Source: Candidatus Latescibacterota bacterium
GTDB taxonomy: Bacteria; Latescibacterota; UBA2968
NCBI GenBank assembly: GCA_965116885.1
Contig: OZ220741.1
Coordinates: forward strand, 1,152,001 to 1,216,000
DNA length: 64,000 nt
Direction: 5' to 3'
This document shows, one piece after another, positions 29,641-38,544 of this stretch. The position numbers and the translations under genes were made by a program. Every line of letters begins with the position of its first letter. The first letter of the stretch is position 1. The notes beneath the pieces were generated by a model. The model saw only the letters and a list, made by a program, of their open reading frames with translations. It had not been told where the DNA came from and did no database searches.

Positions 29641-30147
29641 ATGTCTGATCATAGTAATCCACCTATTGGGGAAGCAGTCTGTGAGTTTCGTTTCAAACCG
29701 GATCGGGATGAGGAACGCAAACAAGCGCGACTTACAAACAAATTGCACGCGGCCTTTGAAACCGAGCCTCTTGAAGACGGTATGCACCATCAGGCTGAGG
29801 ACATTATAGAACAGGCATTGCAATCCGGGGAAGACGAGCGTATTCTCGAGTGGTTGAGAGATTTTTCCTTAGATGCTACACAACCGGTCTTCGCGGCGTC
29901 TGTTCTGCGTTGTCTTGGTCGCCAAGAACATTTAGGAACAAGCTCATGGCGTTCCGAACTCGTGCGTGATGCGTTAGCGTTAGATGATGTGGAGATTAGA
30001 GATGCCGCTGTTCAAGCAGCGGAATTGTGGGGCGACCATGAGATTCTGCCAGTTCTGAAATCGCATTCTGAGCCAGAATCGTGGCTGCGAGATTATATTT
30101 CTGACGTCATTGACGACCTTGGGAAGGAACTGGTCTGTCCCGTATAG
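29641..30147 (+). CDS. Hypothetical protein with C-terminal HEAT-like repeat
   Basis: ORF with GGAG RBS; DDVEIRDAAVQAAELWG...EPESWLRDY. Confidence 0.6.
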   Translation: MSDHSNPPIGEAVCEFRFKPDRDEERKQARLTNKLHAAFETEPLEDGMHHQAEDIIEQALQSGEDERILEWLRDFSLDATQPVFAASVLRCLGRQEHLGTSSWRSELVRDALALDDVEIRDAAVQAAELWGDHEILPVLKSHSEPESWLRDYISDVIDDLGKELVCPV

Positions 30148-30244
30148 AACCATTACGGAATGACGCGACCTGTTCTGCTCTAATTACGCCAAAGCCCTAC
30201 TTACTTGAGCAGAGTATTTAATGAAGAATTATGAGTTGCTTTTT

Positions 30245-30262
30245 ATTAACAAATTTGTTAAT
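30245..30262. promoter_or_regulatory. Perfect 18-bp palindrome, probable operator of downstream HTH protein
   Basis: ATTAACAAATTTGTTAAT about 30 bp upstream of the XRE gene. Confidence 0.6.
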
Positions 30263-30294
30263 TTTTGATATGAATTGGAAAAAAGAGGTTAAAA

Positions 30295-30585
30295 ATGAAA
30301 ACACATCGAGAAATGATTGACGAATGGATGAAAGATCCAGGATTTGTCGCTGAATACGACGCGCTTGCAGACGAATTTGCGCTTTTTGATGAAATGCTCA
30401 GAGCCAGAAAAAATGCAGGTTTAACTCAGGCTGATGTGGCTAAAAAGATGGGCACCAAAACGCCCGCAATTGCACGTCTTGAAGCATCGGGACGCCACAA
30501 AAAGCATTCTCCTTCTCTTGCCACTCTAAAAAAATATGCAGAGGCTGTCGGCTGTCGGCTGGACATTCGGCTGATACCTCGTTAG
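30295..30585 (+). CDS. XRE-family HTH regulator / HigA-like antitoxin (no toxin adjacent)
   Basis: ARKNAGLTQADVAKKMGTKTPAIARLE...PSLATLKKYAEA. Confidence 0.85.
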   Translation: MKTHREMIDEWMKDPGFVAEYDALADEFALFDEMLRARKNAGLTQADVAKKMGTKTPAIARLEASGRHKKHSPSLATLKKYAEAVGCRLDIRLIPR

Positions 30586-30638
30586 TCGCATCTCATCGCC
30601 ATTATGCTATCCAGAATGGGAAAAACGAGGATTAAACT

Positions 30639-30986
30639 ATGATGCTGAATACATCAGCAGTAGAGATTGATGAAAGTGGGATATCTATAAGCAAGATAGA
30701 CAATACTGTTACTGTCAGAGGATCACTACAGAACCACCACGCTAAAAAGGTTAAAGTCATATTTTCCGCTGTTGTATTCTTAGCGGATGTGCGTATCGCC
30801 GATAAGGGTGACAGAAATTTTTCTTTTGGCAGAAACGATATTCTTCATGAATTCTACCTTTCAGAAGAACTCGATGCACAAGAGCACAAACCATTTGAAT
30901 CTATCCCTTATGAAATTGCTGAATCGGACGCCGACAACGCCATGCTGGCGTATTATACCACAGTGCTTGCGGTCTCTGAGTTATGA
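30639..30986 (+). CDS. Hypothetical protein
   Basis: 115-aa ORF with GAGG RBS; no motif recognised. Confidence 0.55.
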   Translation: MMLNTSAVEIDESGISISKIDNTVTVRGSLQNHHAKKVKVIFSAVVFLADVRIADKGDRNFSFGRNDILHEFYLSEELDAQEHKPFESIPYEIAESDADNAMLAYYTTVLAVSEL

Positions 30987-31007
30987 AAAGCGGGAAAGGG
31001 TTTCGTC

Positions 31008-31925
31008 ATGATACGAGCGCAATGGTTACTCTTGATCTATACTGCTATTTCTCTAAACAGTACCTTTGCAGAAGAACACGCGAAGAACACACCATCCTCC
31101 CTCATGTCTCGGTTGGCGATTCCCGATTCCACTCAAATTCAGGTACTTGAAACAACCGATGGATCGACAAATATCGGACGCATTGTGGAGATTGGTACTG
31201 AAGAGATCGCATTTAAGACAGACCTGGGCATTATCCACATCCCCATTTCAAAAATCAAACACATTGAAACAGTGTCTGCCGACTTAATACGAAAGGGAGA
31301 ATACTGGTTCCCAAATCCCAATATAACGCGCCTATTCTTTGCACCTACGGCGCGTATGCTGAAACAGGGCAAAGGTTATTTTTCTGATTATTATATTTTT
31401 TTTCCAGGCTTTGCTTATGGGATCACAGACCGATTTACTCTGGGAGGAGGACTCTCCATCTTTCCCACCGTAGATATAAATGATCAATTATTTTTTGTTA
31501 CACCAAAATTCGGATTAGTACAGGAAAAAACTTTCTCTTTTGCCATGGGCGCACTTCTCGTGCGTATTCCCAATTATGAGGATGAGGACATTCAAGATGA
31601 CCCTGAAGTCGCGGGCATATTGTATGGTGTAACAACATTTGGGCAACCCGATGCCAGCCTGACTGCGGGACTCGGTTATGGTTTTGTGGAGGGAGACCTC
31701 GCAGATCGCCCTATGGTAATGATCGGGGGAGAGAAGCGCTTGACGCGACGGACGGCATTTGTTACAGAAAACTGGATCTTTCCCGGCATAGACGAACCCT
31801 TGATCTCTTATGGAATAAGATTTTTTAGCAAACGATTAAGCGTAGATCTGGGACTGATCAATACGATAGGAGAAGGCACAATCTTTCCCGGCGTTCCGTA
31901 TATTGATTTTGTCGTCCAGTTTTGA
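31008..31925 (+). CDS. Exported, probable outer-membrane beta-barrel protein
   Basis: Signal peptide, alternating beta-strand pattern, C-terminal YIDFVVQF. Confidence 0.6.
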   Translation: MIRAQWLLLIYTAISLNSTFAEEHAKNTPSSLMSRLAIPDSTQIQVLETTDGSTNIGRIVEIGTEEIAFKTDLGIIHIPISKIKHIETVSADLIRKGEYWFPNPNITRLFFAPTARMLKQGKGYFSDYYIFFPGFAYGITDRFTLGGGLSIFPTVDINDQLFFVTPKFGLVQEKTFSFAMGALLVRIPNYEDEDIQDDPEVAGILYGVTTFGQPDASLTAGLGYGFVEGDLADRPMVMIGGEKRLTRRTAFVTENWIFPGIDEPLISYGIRFFSKRLSVDLGLINTIGEGTIFPGVPYIDFVVQF

Positions 31926-31989
31926 TTACGCACTTTTTGCCGTACCCCGTGACGTACAATTTTCACCTATCCGGTCTAATATACAGGCT

Positions 31990-32015
31990 GGGACGGCAAG
32001 AGGGACGGCCCCTAC
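31990..32015 (-). repeat. GTAG-type REP (family 1)
   Basis: GGGACGGCAAGAGGGACGGCCCCTAC. Confidence 0.7.
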
Positions 32016-32094
32016 GATGACATTGATCGTCCCCTGACCGCCGCCCCGCCTCATTTTCCAAAAAATAATATTTTTGTATGGTACAGATTTTTTC

Positions 32095-32123
32095 TTGCAC
32101 AAAAAAACAGAACGGGCTATATT
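32095..32123 (+). promoter_or_regulatory. Sigma-70-type promoter
   Basis: TTGCAC-17nt-TATATT. Confidence 0.5.
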
Positions 32124-32307
32124 GTCCAGTCCCAAAAACAAAAGCCCTCTGCTTGTAGGAGACAACTACCTGAAATTACATACATTTAGGTAAAATCAAA
32201 TGGTCTATTCACACTGCCATTATCCCTCCAGGAGGCGGCGATTATGCCCTGGAGACTAAAATTTTGCCAACCCCTGAGTGGGGTTTTTGGTGCCTACACC
32301 CTACGTG

Positions 32308-32345
32308 CCCGACATCGAGATAGATTCGATGTCGGGTTTTTTGTT
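32308..32345 (+). terminator. Intrinsic terminator in leader upstream of ECF sigma gene
   Basis: CCCGACATCGA-7nt-TCGATGTCGGG-TTTTTTGTT. Confidence 0.8.
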
Positions 32346-32436
32346 GCCCTTCGCGGACCACCCCAAACACCCATGGGTGCAGAACACAGTAGATGAGCAA
32401 AAAAACAACATGACCTCACGACACAAGAGGAGTATC

Positions 32437-33069
32437 ATGGCACCGAACGAAGAACAAACAATGGTACTAAAAGCGCGGATGGGTGATGGGATTGCATTTG
32501 GCAAACTGTACAAAGCAAACGTAGCTCGAATTTATGCAATCGTAGCCAGCCACACAAAAAACAAGGACGACATCGACGACCTGGTTCAAATCGCATTTAT
32601 AAAAGCATACCAGGGACTCAATCGCTTTCGCGGTGACGCGGCATTCTCAACCTGGCTGACCCGCATAGCCATGAACGTATGCCTCTCGCACTGCGAATCG
32701 CAATCCGTGCGGCGCAAATGGACAACCTATTTTCAGACGCCAGAAGGCATAGAAAAAATCGCCCCATCCTGCACACAAGACCCGGAAACCACCCTGCACA
32801 CACGAGAAAGCCAACACCTCGTACGCAAAAGCATACAAACACTGCCACAACAATATCGCGAAGCCATGCGCCTGCGTTATATCGAGGACTATTCTTATGC
32901 CGAAATCGAAAAAACCATGCAAGTGCCCATAGGCACAGTAAAAACCTGGCTATATCGCGGAAGAGTCCTGCTTCGGAAAACCATTGAAGAGAACGAATCA
33001 ACGAACCCCACCCAACCACCCAACGGGCGGGCACAGGGGCACCGCCCCTACATTGATGAGCTGGCCTGA
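32437..33069 (+). CDS. ECF (sigma-70 group IV) RNA polymerase sigma factor
   Basis: GD..AFGKLY, DDLVQIAFIKAY, FRGDAAFSTWL.RIA.N, SYAEI...M.VPIGTVKTWL.RGR; GAGGAG RBS. Confidence 0.92.
   Translation: MAPNEEQTMVLKARMGDGIAFGKLYKANVARIYAIVASHTKNKDDIDDLVQIAFIKAYQGLNRFRGDAAFSTWLTRIAMNVCLSHCESQSVRRKWTTYFQTPEGIEKIAPSCTQDPETTLHTRESQHLVRKSIQTLPQQYREAMRLRYIEDYSYAEIEKTMQVPIGTVKTWLYRGRVLLRKTIEENESTNPTQPPNGRAQGHRPYIDELA
33024..33051 (-). repeat. GTAG-type REP inside 3' end of sigma gene
   Basis: CGGGCGGGCACAGGGGCACCGCCCCTAC. Confidence 0.7.
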
Positions 33070-33105
33070 ACCAGTTGCACACCGTCCCGTTTTTCGGAGA
33101 ACACC

Positions 33106-33498
33106 ATGACCAACTTCAGCACAAAACGCCTGCCCCAAAAACCCGACATCACCGCACCCGATGGATCTGACGTCCGCATACTCCTCGAACTCAAAAGCGG
33201 CGGCATGGCCCACTTTGAACTCTCCCCGGGAAAAACATCCATCGCCGTCGCCCACCGCACCGTCGAAGAAATCTGGTACATCATCAGCGGACAGGGCGAA
33301 ATGTGGCGCAAACAGGACAACCGAGAAGAAATCGCCTCCCTCGCCCCCGGCGTAACCCTCACCATACCGCAAGGCACACACTTCCAATTTCGCACCCACA
33401 ACAGCGAACCTCTCTGCGCCATCGCCATCACCATGCCCCTGTGGCCGGGTCCTGATGAAGCCTACCGCGTAGAGGGAAAATGGAAACCGACTAAATAA
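33106..33498 (+). CDS. Cupin domain protein
   Basis: APDGSDVR.L, HRTVEEIWY..SG.GEMW, IP.GTHFQFR. Confidence 0.88.
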   Translation: MTNFSTKRLPQKPDITAPDGSDVRILLELKSGGMAHFELSPGKTSIAVAHRTVEEIWYIISGQGEMWRKQDNREEIASLAPGVTLTIPQGTHFQFRTHNSEPLCAIAITMPLWPGPDEAYRVEGKWKPTK

Positions 33499-33501
33499 AC
33501 A

Positions 33502-33532
33502 AAAGCCTATACCGTTTGTGGTACAGGCTTTT
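33502..33532. terminator. Probable terminator between convergent genes
   Basis: AAAGCCTATACC-GTTTGT-GGTACAGGCTTTT. Confidence 0.55.
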
Positions 33533-33573
33533 GTAATACCTGTCTGTGTGATCTGGAATCATCTATCCCGCCA

Positions 33574-33657
33574 CGGGCGGGCACGGGGGCCCGCCCCTAC
33601 AACACGCTCAAAATCATAGCCTGCCCCTGCATGCTTGAAGCAGGGGCCGTCCCCTAC
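33574..33657 (-). repeat. Two GTAG-type REPs (second degenerate)
   Basis: CGGGCGGGCACGGGGGCCCGCCCCTAC and CAGGGGCCGTCCCCTAC. Confidence 0.7.
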
Positions 33658-33658
33658 A

Positions 33659-35425
33659 TCAAACCTCCTCATCCGGATCCTCTGCCGAAAGATCCTCTCC
33701 CCGATGGAGTCGAAGCGCCAAATTCGCCGTCTGTCCCAACGCCCGCGCCGTTGGTGCATGCGCTGCCAGATAGCGCGCCGCGCCCACCAGCGTAATCCAT
33801 GCGCGCTCCTCATCCAACTCCTCTGCCTGGCTAAACGCCGACTCCAGCATCTGAAACGAATGAAACTCCGCATCTTCTCGCAGCAACACATGGCCCAACC
33901 GCTCGCACAAAGCACCGCGCGGATGCCCCAGCGACAAATACCGATACGCAATCCGCCCTGCCTCATCCACCTGTGCCTGTGTATCGAGCAACGCCACAAA
34001 AGAATCCAGCAACTCATCCGCATCCTCTGGCAACTGCTGGGTCGCGCGCTGATCCTGCGGCAATCGGGCTGCCGGCTTATTAAACCACCGATCAAAATAC
34101 AGCGCCATCGCACCGTGAAAAATCCCCCGCGCCAGATCCAGAGACGGCGCGCGCTTTGCACATTGATGCAGCGCATTTGCCGCCGAATGCGTATGCAACA
34201 CCGCAATCCAATCGGCAAACTCATTCTTAACGTGAAACCGCGCAATCCGCAAAGCCGCTGCATAAGTCAGCGTCTGAGTCAACTGCGTCAGCGTCGCCCC
34301 TCCGGCAAATGCCGCCTTCAACCCATCCACAATCGCGTGCGGATCATCACCTGACAAAACCGCCGTCAAAGCATCCGCATCGTCCCACGTCTTCCCCTCG
34401 CCCTCTCGCACCAGATCCTCAAGCTCATCAAACGCGCCGTGTAACAACGCCACCAGATCAACGGGACTGCGCCACCGATTCAACTCCTCACTTCGCTGAG
34501 AACCCGAAAGCACACCCACCAGAGAAGGCAAAATCTCATCGGCCTTGTCCCATCCAATGCGCTCGAGCACCTCAAAACCCTTATTGATAAAATCCAGCAC
34601 ATGCCCGCCATCGCGATAAAAGTGATCTGTCGCTGCAGCCACCAGCATATCGCACATCTCCGAAGGCGTTGCCCCCATCTGGATCGCCGTCAACAGCGCG
34701 CGTTCTGCACCATCGGCATTCCGCACCTCAATCAAATAGCGGAACCACTCCTTGATCCGCGCCAGCGTCAGATCCTCCGTCTCCAGAGGCGTAAAAACAA
34801 TCCTCGGCGCTGCATTGCTCGTCTCGCTCGCCACATGCAACAACCCCTGATACAGCGCCAAAACCTGATCCTCGGGCGCCAGCTTCGGCACCACATTGGC
34901 CATACACGTCAAAATCGTCAACCCCGGACCCCATCCCTGGCGCCGCCTCAACGCACCATACCGCGCGCCAATCTCTGCAATCTCATCCCCATCGATCCGC
35001 TGACCCCGAAGCGCGATCACCGACTTGGCAATCACCAGATTGATATTCTGCTCCAAACTCTCGCTCAACCGCCGCTTCCAATGTCCCACCGGATCGGGAT
35101 GCGTGGCATGCACATTGACATAAATCTCCCCATCCTGCACATCCACCGGATAACTGCGAACATCATCCGCAAATGGATCAAACGTACACCCACTCACCAG
35201 ATCAAACCGCGCGTGATGCCAGTGGCAAATAATCAACCCATTGTGAATCGACCCCTCACTCAGCGGATACCCCATATGCGGGCACCGGTTATCCACCGCC
35301 CGAATCTCGCCATCCGACTTTGCCAGCGCAATCGCATGACCCTCCACATTCACCGCCATAATCCCACCCTCGGGAATATCTTCCACACGCGCGCAGGGCA
35401 CATAATCAAGTGTCGTCACAGCCAT
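33659..35425 (-). CDS. Rieske (2Fe-2S) domain protein with long helical C-terminal region
   Basis: NRCPHMG and CHWHHARFD Rieske ligands; AGGAGG RBS. Confidence 0.88.
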   Translation of the reverse strand: MAVTTLDYVPCARVEDIPEGGIMAVNVEGHAIALAKSDGEIRAVDNRCPHMGYPLSEGSIHNGLIICHWHHARFDLVSGCTFDPFADDVRSYPVDVQDGEIYVNVHATHPDPVGHWKRRLSESLEQNINLVIAKSVIALRGQRIDGDEIAEIGARYGALRRRQGWGPGLTILTCMANVVPKLAPEDQVLALYQGLLHVASETSNAAPRIVFTPLETEDLTLARIKEWFRYLIEVRNADGAERALLTAIQMGATPSEMCDMLVAAATDHFYRDGGHVLDFINKGFEVLERIGWDKADEILPSLVGVLSGSQRSEELNRWRSPVDLVALLHGAFDELEDLVREGEGKTWDDADALTAVLSGDDPHAIVDGLKAAFAGGATLTQLTQTLTYAAALRIARFHVKNEFADWIAVLHTHSAANALHQCAKRAPSLDLARGIFHGAMALYFDRWFNKPAARLPQDQRATQQLPEDADELLDSFVALLDTQAQVDEAGRIAYRYLSLGHPRGALCERLGHVLLREDAEFHSFQMLESAFSQAEELDEERAWITLVGAARYLAAHAPTARALGQTANLALRLHRGEDLSAEDPDEEV

Positions 35426-35492
35426 GGTATGCCTCCTATTAATTGGAATGATCGTTTACACCCCAAAAATACGCCATCCGAAATCCCGAAAC

Positions 35493-35534
35493 ACCGTCCC
35501 CAGGGACAAAAACAACCTGTCCTTTTGGACAGGT
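35493..35534. promoter_or_regulatory. Tandem CCYGTCC-N4-GGACRGG palindromes (candidate response-regulator site and/or terminator)
   Basis: ACCTGTCC-TTTT-GGACAGGT perfect at 35515-35534; ACCGTCC-CCAG-GGACAAA 23 bp away. Confidence 0.5.
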
Positions 35535-35563
35535 CGCGTTGCATGGTAGCGTTATGCTGATTG

Positions 35564-36178
35564 TTATATCAACCCCTTCTGCGTCGCAACAGCCACTGCC
35601 TCTGTGCGATTGCCCGCGCCGAGTTTGGCCAGTATTTCGCTCACATGAAATTTCACTGTGCGTTCGGCAATATCGAGTTGATCGGCAATTTCTTTATTCA
35701 ACAAACCCGTTGCCAGCAGTTTGAGCACTTCCTTTTGTCGCGCGGTCAACGCATCCGGATTGTTTACACTGTCCAGCAACTTGGAAGCAACAAGAGGTTC
35801 GAGCAATGACCCGCCCTCATTGACCACGCGCACAGCGCGAAACACCTCGTCTCTGGGCGCGCCCTTGAGCAAATACCCTTTTGCTCCGGCCTGCATAGCC
35901 GATACAATGCGCTCATCCGTATCAAAAACTGTAAACACAATGACCCGCACCTGCACCTTTTCCTCTTGCAATCGCCGAAGCGTTTCAACGCCATCTACAC
36001 CCGGCATCTCCAGATCGAGCAATAGCACATCGGGATTGCGTTCTTCAACTTTCTGCAATGCTTCTGCTCCATCGCCTGCTTCTCCCACCACCTCAAAATC
36101 GGACTGCGTATTCAACATTGCAATAAGGCCATCGCGCACAACCGGATGATCATCTACAACCACAATGCGAATTTTCAT
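35564..36178 (-). CDS. NarL/FixJ-family response regulator
   Basis: VVDDH, LLDLEMP, GYLLK, LuxR HTH LTARQKEVL...NKEIA...TVKFHVS. Confidence 0.95.
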   Translation of the reverse strand: MKIRIVVVDDHPVVRDGLIAMLNTQSDFEVVGEAGDGAEALQKVEERNPDVLLLDLEMPGVDGVETLRRLQEEKVQVRVIVFTVFDTDERIVSAMQAGAKGYLLKGAPRDEVFRAVRVVNEGGSLLEPLVASKLLDSVNNPDALTARQKEVLKLLATGLLNKEIADQLDIAERTVKFHVSEILAKLGAGNRTEAVAVATQKGLI

Positions 36179-37335
36179 ATTTTGCGCTCCAAAGGAATGC
36201 GGATATCCAAACGCGTACCGCGCTCAGGCGCGCTTTCAATTGCAAATGCCCCCCCGAGCAAATGCGCCCGCTCATTCAGCCCAACCAGGCCATATCGGCC
36301 TTCTGACACGTTTTCGGGATCAAATCCGCACCCGTCGTCTTTAACCACGAGTTCTACGTATTCGGACGTTGAGATCAGTTCAACCAGGACCTCTCTGGCT
36401 TTTGCGTGCTGCACAACATTATTCAACGCCTCCTGAGCCATGCGATACAAACCCGCTTCGATCCGCACGGACAAAGGGTGTCCGCCAATACGCTTTACGC
36501 GTATATCCAGATTTGTCTCGTCTCCTATTTCGCGCCCCAGATCTTGCAAGGCTTCGACCAATGTGCGATTTTCGAGCGGTGCAGCGCGCAAATCCAGCAC
36601 CGTGCGACGCGCTTCTTCCAGATTAGCGCGCGCCAGGGCCATGGCATCGCGCACTGTTTCAGACAGCTTCTTGCGATCCGTATTATCTTCGAGCAACGCA
36701 TCCAGGGTTTCCAACCGCATTAAGATCGCCGCGAGATTCTGACCCAGTGTATCGTGTATTTCTCGGGCGACGCGGAGACGCTCATCTGCAGCGCCAATTT
36801 CAACGCTTTTTTCGTACAAACGCGCCCGTTCAATAGCAATACTCATCAAATCACCCACCGTATTGAGCAAACGCAAATCCTCATCCGAAAGCTCGCGCCA
36901 TTCGACACTGCCCACATTCAACACCCCCACCTTTTTTTTCTGGGCATACAGTGGAATGCTCGCATGGTACTGCACCCCATCTGTTCCTTCTACGAGTCCT
37001 TTCAATCGGCTGCACGTCACGACATTCACATTTGCAGCCCCCTTCAAATCGCCTTTCTGATAGGTATCCAGGCAATAGCACCAGCCGCCCATTCTGTCTG
37101 GATTGTCGCGCAATACAGGGGGTAAGTTTTGTGCTGCAGCCAGATAGGGTTCGCCCGTCTCTTCGTGCATAAGCCATATCCAGCTGGTGTTCAAATCGAG
37201 CAGTGCAGCTACTTTTTTAAGTGCTGTCTCCAGGGCTTGATCGAGATCCACAGACTGGTTGAGTGCATGGGCGATCGCGTTGAGGATAGAGAGTTCGCGA
37301 TTGCGTTGTTTGAGCTGATCGGTCTGCATTGGCAT
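36175..37335 (-). CDS. GAF-domain HisKA_3 sensor histidine kinase (YhcY/AirS-like)
   Basis: GAF with WCYC...C; ERLRVAREIHDTLGQ; QEALNNVVQHA; DDGCGF; no TM segment. Confidence 0.92.
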   Translation of the reverse strand: MPMQTDQLKQRNRELSILNAIAHALNQSVDLDQALETALKKVAALLDLNTSWIWLMHEETGEPYLAAAQNLPPVLRDNPDRMGGWCYCLDTYQKGDLKGAANVNVVTCSRLKGLVEGTDGVQYHASIPLYAQKKKVGVLNVGSVEWRELSDEDLRLLNTVGDLMSIAIERARLYEKSVEIGAADERLRVAREIHDTLGQNLAAILMRLETLDALLEDNTDRKKLSETVRDAMALARANLEEARRTVLDLRAAPLENRTLVEALQDLGREIGDETNLDIRVKRIGGHPLSVRIEAGLYRMAQEALNNVVQHAKAREVLVELISTSEYVELVVKDDGCGFDPENVSEGRYGLVGLNERAHLLGGAFAIESAPERGTRLDIRIPLERKI

Positions 37336-37343
37336 AACTGCTC

Positions 37344-37775
37344 CTACACCGGCGTCACACCTTTTTTTAAAATAACATTGCCATATTTTGCCGTCTCCCC
37401 AGTCATAACAACCGCAAAAGCATCTCTTGCCTGTTCGTAAAACGCAAAGCGTTCAACGCGCGCGATAGGGGGCGTATCTGGCCATACCCTGTCAATAGCC
37501 GCTCGATAAGACGCCTCAACTGTGGGATCGAGCGTATCGCCCGGCACAGCATCCATCATAAAAACCGGGCTATCCACATACGTATCCAGAACAAACAGCG
37601 GCAAAATTGCTTCCAGCAACTCCGCAACCCCCAGACCATCTGCCCGCAGCGTATTGGCATTCACCGAATGCCCGGGAAAATGTGCATCTGCCAGAACAAT
37701 CTCATCTCCGTGTCCCATGCGATAAATCGCAGCCAACAACTCGGGACTGAACAGCGGGGATATACCAACGAGCAT
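37344..37775 (-). CDS. fucU: RbsD/FucU family fucose mutarotase
   Basis: [35 protein letters not shown]. Confidence 0.9.
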   Translation of the reverse strand: MLVGISPLFSPELLAAIYRMGHGDEIVLADAHFPGHSVNANTLRADGLGVAELLEAILPLFVLDTYVDSPVFMMDAVPGDTLDPTVEASYRAAIDRVWPDTPPIARVERFAFYEQARDAFAVVMTGETAKYGNVILKKGVTPV

Positions 37776-37794
37776 AGTGATCTCCTGTCTCCAA

Positions 37795-38535
37795 TTACCT
37801 GAAATGCGCATCCGCCGCATGGGCTGATTTAAGCCCCTTGCTCATCCGCATCAATTGCTTTTGTCTTTCCGTAAGCCCGTCAAACCACTCAGGCGGAAAA
37901 CCATCGTGGGGATCCACCTGAAACATACACATCCGTTTGCGATAGTGCCCAAACAACGCATGGCGATTCGTCGTCCCTGTATTCGCGCCGCCAGCATGCC
38001 ATATTTGACCGTTAATAACAATAACACTACCTGCAGATCCCTCGGGTTGTGCAATATGCTTAACAGACACACCCTCTGGCGGGATAGCCAATCCGCTCTT
38101 ATGCGACCCCGGCACCACGCGCGTACCGCCATTTACCGGCGAAAAATCATCCAGCATCCAAATCGTATTCATCATAACTGGCGAACTAAAATTGAGCATC
38201 TCCAATGGAATATCACTATGCAAACCTTGATCTGGATCCCCCGGACGCACAATGCGGGCATTGAGACTACCCAGAATAAGCGACTTATCGAGATAATGCT
38301 CCAGCAACGGAAGTATCCGCGGATGGTCAATAGTCTTGTGAAAAACGCGATCCTTCACCGGCAAATTGGCGACATGCCGAGCGGTTCCCCGATTTCTGGC
38401 CTCCGTGCCAAATTCCTTCTCACAGCGCATAAGCGCCTCGCGCATCTCCTTTGCTTCTTCAGTCGTCAAAACATCTTCAACAACCGTAAAGCCATAAACA
38501 TCGAGTTCAAACAAATGCTGTTGATTATTCTCCAT
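37795..38535 (-). CDS. Phytanoyl-CoA dioxygenase (PhyH) family Fe(II)/2OG oxygenase
   Basis: [21 protein letters not shown]....R. Confidence 0.9.
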   Translation of the reverse strand: MENNQQHLFELDVYGFTVVEDVLTTEEAKEMREALMRCEKEFGTEARNRGTARHVANLPVKDRVFHKTIDHPRILPLLEHYLDKSLILGSLNARIVRPGDPDQGLHSDIPLEMLNFSSPVMMNTIWMLDDFSPVNGGTRVVPGSHKSGLAIPPEGVSVKHIAQPEGSAGSVIVINGQIWHAGGANTGTTNRHALFGHYRKRMCMFQVDPHDGFPPEWFDGLTERQKQLMRMSKGLKSAHAADAHFR

Positions 38536-38544
38536 ATTGTCCTC

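Noticed and set aside
32124..32345. Known riboswitch (T-box, SAM, TPP, cobalamin, c-di-GMP, glycine)
   Set aside because: None of their conserved sequence motifs could be found by eye.
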